This document shows, piece by piece, positions 55,001-64,000 of a stretch of DNA of 64,000 nt. Each line of letters begins with the position of its first letter. The first letter of the stretch is position 1. The position numbers and the translations under genes are program-made. This DNA is from Bispira polyomma (Eukaryota): the NCBI GenBank assembly GCA_965649765.1, contig OZ287748.1, positions 44,020,001 through 44,084,000 of the forward strand. Direction: 5' to 3'. The notes beneath the pieces were generated by a model. The model did not search any database. It saw nothing but the letters and a program-made list of their open reading frames with translations, and had not been told where the DNA came from.

Positions 55001-57883
55001 GGCATCTGTTGTAACAATTTGAGTGTGTTAAAATCTAGAAACAAACATACAACAAAAACCATCTATAAAACCCGCCAAATTCTATTGGGTTTTGATGTTC
55101 ATCACCAAAGTCAGTAATAGAAGATGCGATTTAAACAAATAGTAATACTAATTTTTTGTTTAGTTTCTTATTTCATTTTACAACAAAAACATAGAAATGA
55201 TTTAGTTAAGTGAGCTATTTTACAGAAGATCTTATCACAGTATTTGCCAAAAGTTTATATAGTCCACATGAGATTTTAGACATTTATATTGTTAAATTTT
55301 ATTATTTTTATGTAGCTGGTCAGAGAACTCGTGATATTACAATAAATATTTGCAGTGACTGGGTCTTCCCAAACACAACACAATCGCCTTCCACTTTGCA
55401 AGCAGCATTAAGCACGTAAGCTATGACCTTATTTTTTGAAGTAAAAATGATCTTTAATATTTATTAATACAAAAATTCTTATTTAATATTACATTGATAT
55501 GATAATAAACTTTTATCTTACATACAAATGTTGTCAATATTCAGTTAAATAACATTTAAATTTGTGGAAGGGCTAAATTTGGTTTTATGTGTCAGTTTCA
55601 TATACCACAGCAAATGTAAAAATCGCTTTTGTTTAACTCTTCAAACTCATTTTTGGTTACTAATTTTATTGATAGCAAATCTACTGTAATTCATAAATAA
55701 TGCATCAATGGCTGTGAAAAATAGTTGTTGAAATTTTATAGAATTATAATTCCGAACAAACAATATGCGAAAAGCATCTTGCTTATTTACTGATATGTTT
55801 TTATTATTTTATTACATATTTGCTCTTAATTACAGATTCACTTCAAGTATAGTAGCTTCGATTGGTGTTGATACATCACCATTCATGAAATTTTATAGAA
55901 TTTATAATATGATGCTTTGATCATTCTTAAGTGGCCATGTGAGCAAATTCAGCCAGCTCAGTTACTTTAATATGCTTTCCTATACAATTTCTCTCAATTA
56001 CAGAGTCACTTCACACACGACCGAAAATTTCATGTCCACAATTGTCAACACAAGAAAATAATTTTAATTTATCTTAGTATAGTACATTAACTACTTTAAC
56101 TGGCGTTTATATGCTTATAATTAATATTTTCATTATATCCTTGCTCTCAATTTACAGATTCACTTTAAGCACAAAAGAGAAAGCAATGACCACATTATCA
56201 ACTAATTTGGATACATCAAAGTATAGCACTGCAACTCCTTCAATTGACTTTGATACATCACCATTCAGTTTAAATCAAACAGGTTCTAAACTGTCAACTG
56301 CTGAAACATCAACATTTACACATACACCTGGTGGCAGTACTGACCAATCAGCCTCTTACACCATTCCTCATGTGGCAAATAAAGAAAAAGGTATATATTA
56401 CATTTGTGTAATAAGATTTTTATACTAATGTAAAGTTAATAACTTTAAATACTTTGTACCAAACTATGACTTACACATTTTGTTTGAATAGTCTAATCTA
56501 ACCTAGCCTTTTTTGCATTAAATCCTCTGGGAGAACTCAAAGCGCGAGAACATCCCAATCATAGGTAAAATAATAGGCATTAATAAGAGGTCATCAATAA
56601 AGGACAAGCATTTAGCCAAAGAAAAAGGGAACTATATTACAAAGGCTTTGTTTAAAAGATAAGATTTAAGATGTTTTCTAAAACGTTGCAATGTTCTTTG
56701 TTGTTCTGATATGTTATAGAGATTATTCATGAAATTGGCACTATGCATTCCATCAGGTCATGACGCATTCTGCTTATACTGTTGATATGACGAAATATAT
56801 GCATTTACACTTCAGGAGTCCATATCTCAATTTGTTTAAAGATGTTTTATTCCACAAAAAGTAAAAGAAACCTTTTTTAAATATTCTTTATGTATAAAAA
56901 TCACTGTACCGAATTATCAATAGTGAAGCATTTAGCATATTTTAAATGTTGTGTGCTTCAATAAAATACAATGAACTTAGTTTTAACTGGATTCAGATGC
57001 AAATCATTTGACGCCATCTACTCCAAAGATATTGCCTATAATAATCATCTGTTGAGTAGCTTAAAATTCCAGCTGTATATAATGGTATTTGAATGCTACA
57101 CACTACTGTCTCATCATTTGTAAAGTAGATTACATTAGTGTAAATACATTAAATCAGATATAGAGAAACATGTGATGTGATAAAATACTCAATGACTAAG
57201 TGTCTGTCTCTAGCTCTAGGAGAGTTATTTCTACACTGTTGTTTAATGTCATATGCAATAATGTTTAGGTGTTATAGCTGGTGTTGTATCCTGTGTGATA
57301 CTGTTGCTGATATGTTTTGCAACTGGAGCAGCCTACTGGTACAAAAGGTATACTCCTTACAACTCATTTATAACAAGATAGGGGATCAGTCATTCATTAA
57401 GATATGAAGGAAAATATTTGATTAAGATATCTGTCTTTAAGTATTTAGAGCACACATTATTTTAGCAAATGTAAATTAATGCTAATAAATAGGCAATCAA
57501 GATTATGTTGTTTTTTAAGGCGACAGAAAAAGAACAGCCCACAAGAACATACATATGAAAACTCATCTGCTCCAAGCATAGAGGTGACCAGTTTTGATAC
57601 AGTTAAACATTCAAGTGAACTTGCAGATATAACATCAACATGCATTGGCAGACCAAATGAGACTGCAGAAGCTAAGAAGGATGGAGAGTATGATGATATC
57701 TGGATACATCATGCCGAAGAAGCACCAACAAGAACCAATGGAATTGTTCCAGAAAATAATGCTGAAGAATCAGTTGTGAAAAACATTGAAGGTCACTATG
57801 CTCCTCTAATAACATATGAAAATGTACCCAGAAATACACAAGATAACATTTTAACCAGTGAGTATCAGATGTTGAAAAAATAG
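40028..57883 (+). CDS. Gene D: intact type I receptor (signal, SUEL-like, linker, S/T stalk, TM, ITIM-bearing tail), 378 aa. Exons 40028-40082, 40250-40555, 55316-55415, 56158-56390, 57269-57347, 57520-57883
   Basis: Six AG/GT exons, phases 1,1,2,1,2, total 1137 nt with no internal stop. Signal MDRQFLCLICCLLFGFLL; TM GVIAGVVSCVILLLICFATGAAYWY then KRRQKK. Confidence 0.8.
40250..40555 (+). CDS. Gene D SUEL-like exon
   Basis: gtag|CA to A|gtaagt; SC..LIC....VQVTTAMLGY...C....DVSLLFQRTCDGYGNC....C....NSLHMVFNC. Confidence 0.75.
40969..45500 (+). mobile_element. Ngaro/DIRS-type tyrosine-recombinase retrotransposon (gag-like, RT, RNase H, truncated YR) with direct repeats
   Basis: Direct repeat of about 57 bp at 40969-41026 and 45371-45427; gag Zn finger CKLFNNGKC..HRCWYC..HPEFKC; RT FKIDIARAFRNL and GYIDD; RNase H LDACLT, HLEML, NCDNM, HIPGKKNVIADALSRL; YR start ALRPKKTTAY, and FFGFLRLS. 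Confidence 0.85.
46731..49700 (-). mobile_element. L2/CR1-group LINE, near-complete ORF2 (APE plus RT) with few frameshifts and a (TTATG)n 3' tail
   Basis: INAQSIKNK, VTETWL, VLGDLNIH, VSDHRAV, NYRPVSNL, INLSAAFDTVDH, VPQGSCAGP, YADD, LHWLP; cataa repeats at 46731-46750. Confidence 0.92.
50776..50874. repeat. Tandem duplication of about 48 bp
   Basis: acagaggcaatatatacatctat..ttttaaatcact.ttcagatatacac occurs twice. Confidence 0.85.
51274..53060 (+). mobile_element. Left half of a second PIF/Harbinger family element with a decayed Myb/SANT-like gene (52105 to about 53050)
   Basis: Left end taaagtggctgtcccactatcccgat; many cccga/atcg subterminal motifs; LTDEQEKAVVD and a KSGQAA.ELTKRQQWL block matching the 28943 gene. 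Confidence 0.7.
53442..53520. repeat. Direct duplication gtggtcacaccactgacagggtttgaaccca
   Basis: Two exact 31-bp copies about 48 bp apart. Confidence 0.85.
57269..57347 (+). CDS. Gene D transmembrane exon (79 nt)
   Basis: tttag|GT to AG|gtatac; same length, phases and G-x-IAGV start as the gene A TM exon. Confidence 0.85.
57520..57883 (+). CDS. Gene D cytoplasmic exon with YENS, YDDI, YAPL, ITYENV and SEYQML
   Basis: ttttaag|G phase-2 acceptor; open to TAG at 57881-57883. Confidence 0.85.
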
Positions 57884-59399
57884 GAATTAAAGCACTTGCT
57901 GACACTTTTGAAATGATGCAACTTAGCAGACTCACAATTAAAACAACTTGCTATGTGGTAGGTACATACCATCCACAATACATGCTTTCAATGATTTTTA
58001 TAGTTTTAGAGCAATATTGTACTGAATACTTGCATTAGAGCTGATAGTCTATGTTTTAAACTAGTTCAAATTAACAGGAGAAGACTGATATATATATATA
58101 TAATCTGAATCCACAGACGTTACAAATAGTATATAACCGGGAAAAGGAACATTGTGCTCTTAGGAAGTGACAAATACCTCAAACGTTAATTTTTCAGTGA
58201 GTACCTGCAACAACATTTCTGATGGCAAACGAACCATAATTCCAATAACATATTATTCAAATAGGTCAATCTCGCTAAATTTGCAAGGCCTGCAGTGTGT
58301 ACCATTCGCACCATTGCAACATGTGAACATTGATGTTAGGGAAACTATTTTCTAAAGAGTGTGGACAAATTATACTGACCTACAATGACATAAAATCTTT
58401 TCTTTCTTATAGAAGTAATGTGGCATTTTTTTGGTGAAATAGGTAAGGTTCACCAATTTAAATTACTTAAGTATAATATTGGATATAAGTTTGTTTAATT
58501 TTGGTACATTTTACTGCTAATTAAACATTTAGTTTACAACATATGTAGAATACCAGTACACATAAAGTCATGATGATGAGATTGTTTACTAATTTTTACT
58601 GCTATAGATAATTTATACTGAAACAAAATCTCATCTGGCAAGGCTCCAGTTTTTTTACCACTAACCTTAGAATTCTTATCTGACCTCACCGTTCCATGTT
58701 TCACTTAATTAATTCAATTACCTATAGCAAGATCTCATCAACCTACCTGTAGTTGAATTCATTTGAATTCATCTTACCTCTTATCTTACTTTATTTGACT
58801 TGTGAACCTCCACCTGAAGATTTTACCTTTAAAGCGCATTGTTGCTCCATCTTAGGAACTGATATAAAAGGTCAATTTTAAAGGTTGTTGCTCAACCAAG
58901 TATAATCTTGTAATGCAGCTTTCTGACCAAGGCACTGTATGTGCCTGTTCAGTTCCTCCATTCTCTTATTTTATCACATATCCTTAACTATAATTATTAT
59001 ATTTATCTGTAATTTATCAAATTAACCTCAAGTTCATGCTACCCAAGCTCACACATACTCTCTTCATATATCTAAGCCATATTTGTAAAATAACCTAATA
59101 CACAAATTTCTACTCACTGGAACAGAAGAACGCATTGGATTTAGACTCTCTTCAATTCCTTGCTTTAAGTCCTTGTCTAATCCTTATCTACTCTACCAAT
59201 TCAATTCCTTGTATACATAAATATGTCATGATTTTAACTCATTTAATATTGAAATTAAATATTTAATTAGGTTCTTTTTCCCCCATGTATATCTAAACAT
59301 GATCAACAAATGGTTACCACAATTGACAATCTTCGACAATTGACAATCTTTCAACATTGGTGATTATTAGGATACCAATTACCATATCTGATTTGCTAT

Positions 59400-60490
59400 A
59401 GGTTCCCCCTACATTATGACAGATCAAACAAGCTTAACCATAATAAACAAAATCATCACTCAGCTTTTCCTAAATTATTTAGATGATGTAATCGGGTACA
59501 TATATGCACAAAAGCACCCTTAGGAAATCTAAATCTGACAATCGAGCATTTAGAAATGTTGAATATTCTCCTGAATATTACAACATATCCTCTCTCATTT
59601 GTTGTCCTTTTCGCAAGTATTGGTCGCCAAAAAGGTGTCACAACCTTCACAGCAAACTACATGGCTGCCATAAAAGCAACACTGAGCCTACATGGCCCAG
59701 ATATATTAGCATTTGGGGACCTACATATAAAATATTTTCAGAAAGCCCTTACCTTACAACAACCTTACATGGCAAAAATAATAAAATGATAGACATAGCA
59801 CTTATCATACAGATAGTTCAGCTATGTGACTCGATGTTTATTGCCATCTGTAACGTGGTCTCTGAGGCCTTGTGGTTAGAGTTTCAAAGTTTGGATCTCT
59901 ATTCTATCCTCACTGCAAGCCTAAAGATTGTACTCTTGGACAAGATGCTTTACACAAAGTTGTCCCTCTTTACCCAAGTGTATAAATGGGTACTTGGCTG
60001 CTAATGTGTGTTAGTCTTTGTTCGCCGCATGTGGCAGCACGGTTACTTCCTAAAGAAGGTGAGACTGAACAAATATTTGACAAGTTGGAGAACCCAGGAT
60101 GGGGTGTAAATTGTAAAGTCAGCTGATATCTCCATAGAAGTGCTATTAGATTATAAACTTACACACACATTTACATTTATAGGTCAAATGTTTAAAGTCG
60201 AATATCTGCTGGTAAAACTTCAACAGGTTAGGTTCCCCTTACAGTCTCTAAGATACGACTAAATCTGAAACAATTATTTAAAAGGTTAAACTTAGTGAAG
60301 TCCCCTTTCTCCTTTCATGACTTTCCATCTTCAGGTGCAACCCTAACCTTTAATATATTCATTTCTCCCTTCAACACCATGGGACATGGACCTGAGACTG
60401 TGTCTAACAAATATGTTCCTAGGAATCACTAGGCATCAGAGCGGGTTGCCCTGGAGTTCTTCCAACTATACCCACTAATTGGGATTTAGT
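59400..60490 (+). mobile_element. Highly decayed DIRS/Ngaro-type pieces (RT motif and YR C-terminus)
   Basis: FLNYLDDVIG near 59470; FHDF..SGATLTFN and HHGTWT*DCV near 60315-60405. Confidence 0.5.
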
Positions 60491-60756
60491 GTTATGTTTA
60501 TGAAGCTATATCAAAATATAATATGTTTTCATTATGTTTTCATTAATACACATTGTGAATTAATAAATAAATGTTTCATATTATTGTTGTCATGAATGTA
60601 TACATTATGTGCATAAACATTAGAAATAAACTCTAACAAAGTATGTAGTTTCAGGTACCAAGCTTCACCAGCATGAGTTCCAATGTATCATTTAGAGGAA
60701 ACATTCAAGCATGCACATGGGCAGTCACAATGCTTCGATCCTACCATATACGTTTA

Positions 60757-62060
60757 TACCTCTCTTTCACTATGCCAATCATAGCCCCCAATCGTTAAGA
60801 TTATAAGATCTGGGCAAAATTATTGGGGAGGTCAGGGGGTTTTAACGACTTATCATTTCCGATCAAAGAGGTCGCAGAAGTTTTTAAACAGGTTTGATAA
60901 CCTCTACCAAAAGGATAAGTTGGGGAAAACAAAGGATAAGTCGTTTGGAAAGACCAATCAAAAAGATATGTTGGGAGAGTGAAACAATAGATCGGGGTGT
61001 CAAAAGATAACTCTGGCCCGAAATCTTATTGGTCAGCGCCTGTTTCGGGAGGCAGCCTGAGGCATTTAAGGGGGGTCTGGACAACGATCTGCATTCATTC
61101 AGCTACAGCATCTTAAAGACTTCACAACTATCAACAATTCTACAGAGAGCTTTTTATTGAGATTATTATTGAGAAAATAGGACTTTGCTGTTTTTTGAGA
61201 AGGAAATATTGCTGTGTTAGAAAATTTTAAGCATTATGGGACCAAAACTAAAGAGAAAGACAGAGAAGAGGAGGATGGAGGAGCATGTGGAAGCACAGGT
61301 TGAGGAGAACTAACAATTTGATGTGGGATTGCCCTTTGTCATTCCAGAGACACAGCTTTCTCGGCGTTCACAAAAGTTCATGTCCATCCAACGTCAGGAG
61401 TACGGTTTCATCAACCATGTCTTTAGGGCAAATGCGTCAGTTCTCAGGTTGAAGTAGGGGACAGGGGCTCGGGCATCTCATAGTAATGTGTTTGCCGTCT
61501 ATGGCCCCCAGGGCATTCGGAATGTTCCATGTGTTCCAGAACATGAACTCGACCTTTAGGCTGGTGGGGCATGTAAAGAATTCTTCCTGGTAAACTTCTG
61601 ACAAGAACTTGGCTATGGTTGACCTGCCCACTACAAACAAGTACTACAGCGATGTGTAGCGATGTGTGTCTAACAACATGATTGTAACACCCTTACGACC
61701 TATCTTTTGGATCATAAGTAGTTCCAATGACGAAAGGTCGGGAGCAAACAATGTGATCCTGACGTTTAATCGAGCAGATTGATTGTAATTCTAACGACTT
61801 ATCCGAGAGGTCGGGGGATTCGAACTAGTTATCTTCACCAATTGAGGAAGTCAGGAACCCAAAAATGTGATCCTGAATACTAATCAGCGCAATCAATCGT
61901 AATGCTTACGACTTATCGGGGCGGTCGTATAACTTATCTTACAGATAACACCTTTTTTCCCGCCCTGTTTTTAAAACATCATGGGAAAATGCCAAGGATT
62001 GCTCATGATTTCATAATCAGGACCTCTGCCCGACCGTTCATGATAGTGGAACAGCACCAT
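60757..62060. mobile_element. Internally deleted PIF/Harbinger element
   Basis: Degenerate left end (tttcactatgccaatcatagc), start of a Myb-type ORF MGPKLKRK (+), transposase remnant NALGAIDGKHITMRCP (-, 61437-61640), right end gatagtggaacagcacca followed by ttaa. Confidence 0.75.
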
Positions 62061-63460
62061 TAATGTATCATTGTATTCGATTTACTTTATTTTGACCTTC
62101 TGTCTATGGTCGTAACACAAGGCCTTTTTTAAACACATAGGAATATCACTATTACCCTAATCAAGGACTTCAATACTACCAAAACCATGACTTGTAGTAC
62201 ACGTTCTTTGAACCATTGTTATTACATATACTCACTTGAGTTGTACCGTTATAAACTTTAGGCACACTAAACATAACAGGTTAAACCTGCTGATCCATAT
62301 TTTTGTCCTTATTATAACGCACTTGCAGAAAGGGTTCCTTTTCCTAGTTTCCTTGAAACAATAGGTATTGTAATGCTCCAACTTGGTGCCCTTAATAATA
62401 TAGTCATTAATTTTTGTTAATTCATTATTGTACATTAAGCAAACTCTGACTTTGGCGTTGGAGCTACTTTTTGGTATACTTAGCACTAACCAATATGTCA
62501 TTTCTCCATTTCTTGGAGAACAGCATTAGCTTTCTTGGCTGTATTATAACCAATATCTACTGCATCTTGCATCAAGCTGTCAAAATAATGGAACATGACA
62601 TATTTAAGCTCAATGTTAATGCACATCCAATAAGACCTTGTAACCACTGAACAGGTGACATCTCATCACATTGGGCTTTTATTACTATCTGCCACAGTAC
62701 AGTTATCACATAATAATCATGACAAACCTGTTGTTCCCTCTAAAATGATGAATGTTGAAAGAAATCATAAAATGGAAGACATTGTTGATCCAGAAGTTAC
62801 CCATCTTAACTATGTTGAATCATATGCAAAGACAAAAATGGAGATAAATAACAAGGGCAAGCCTTCAGTAAAATTAAACCAGAAAAGCAAAGTGCCAATA
62901 TGAGGAAAAATGAAGAAGAATATGATTATGCTGAGATGAGAGTAAGGCAGGACGCAGTAAAGGTGTCTACTGAAGATCAAAAAGACAAAATGGACTCAGA
63001 TATTGACAATGTTGAAAAGATGAAGTCTTAGATTCTGAATATGCTTTTCAGTTTTCAGTTATTTCAGTATTCTGTAAACATTAAAGCTAATCAATCGTTT
63101 GAATGTGTGAAAAATATTATGTTACATATTTAGCGATGACAAAAATATTACTTATCATTATTAGTACTTTTTCAAGTCAAACTATTTAATGAAACAGCCA
63201 ATACCAATTTTTTAGAAAATTTGAATTAAGGCATATGCTTATCAAATGCATTTCATTTTTTTCTACAGTGACTTCACAGCAATTAATTAAGTTTCAATGG
63301 AAATTGTATGATTTGAGGACTACAATAGTTCAATTGAGAGTAATGTTTTTTGGATTAACCATTTTGAAAAGGCAGTTTTTCAGTTCTGGGGTGGTATTTT
63401 GACACTGAACCCCAATGATTACTTGGCGTGGCCATTTTGACACCAACAAGAATTAGCCTA

Positions 63461-63735
63461 TGCTTCCTTTCAGCATATTTTTCTCGACCGACGTCAACAT
63501 ATTTCCCTCAGATCAGATCAGGCATGGGCCGACATCTGTTGCCTTAAAATATTTAATCAGTCAGAGAGCAAAAAAATCGAGAGGTCTGTCTCATTTACGA
63601 ATAAATATTAAGGAAAAAAAATTATTTTATTTTACATAGAAAATATTGGATGAAAGGAAGCACAACATCAGCCCACGTCGGATCGGATCGGACACATACA
63701 AATCGGCCGACATTGGGATGTGCTGAAAGGAAGCC
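63461..63735. mobile_element. MITE, probably Harbinger-type
   Basis: Ends tgcttcctttcagcata and tgtgctgaaaggaagcc, with degenerate inverted similarity for about 80 bp; flanks cta and taa. Confidence 0.7.
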
Positions 63736-64000
63736 TAAGCTTAATGTTTAAGATTTATTGTTATAAAATCATTATTTTATGCTTGATTTTAAAGTGTATA
63801 CAACACAGGGAATTTAAATGTTGTGTTGCATAATTACAGCTGATTTATCAAACAGATACACAGTAAATTGCTATTAAGATGAATTTAATAAAATTAAAAA
63901 TTTTTAGCTAGTTATTGACAAAAGTTGAACATCGATTTACTTAATAAACCAGCTAAAATTTTTGTTATGTTGAAATCTCTGTGTTGTAAGCTATTAAAAA

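Noticed and set aside
57790-57820. YAPL-IT-YENV as an ITAM
   Set aside because: Only 2 residues separate the two YxxL/V units; an ITAM needs about 6-8.
59504-60004. 166-aa ORF
   Set aside because: Chimeric across decayed retroelement sequence and a SINE-like repeat; no coherent domain.
51274-62060. A single 10.8-kb Harbinger element that captured gene D exons
   Set aside because: 60757-62060 has its own degenerate left end and Myb-gene start, so two separate elements is more parsimonious; kept only as a composite-end hypothesis.

Overview
AT-rich animal genomic DNA with GT-AG introns; the repeat and gene style suggests a lophotrochozoan invertebrate, but the taxon cannot be fixed from sequence alone. 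The ORF track fragments the real genes. Splicing by hand gives a + strand tandem cluster of four related single-pass (type I) receptor loci. Each has a signal-peptide exon and a phase-1/phase-1 divergent SUEL(Gal_lectin)-like exon. Where preserved, these are followed by an S/T-rich stalk, a short TM exon ending ...K-AG|gt, and a tyrosine-motif cytoplasmic exon. Gene A (5139-11490) adds a CUB-like exon and a tail of about 410 aa with 21 Tyr; its exon 4 has an in-frame stop that an internal donor can bypass. Gene B (20018-22942) is disabled. Gene C (25827-36278) has only signal and lectin exons. Gene D (40028-57883) is an intact 378-aa ORF with two ITIM-consensus motifs. The rest is dense with decayed transposons: PIF/Harbinger elements and MITEs, about five Ngaro/DIRS-type tyrosine-recombinase retroelement pieces, a near-complete L2/CR1 LINE ORF2, other LINE fragments and a foldback element. 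Domain and TE family calls are by visual motif recognition only; no database searches were run.
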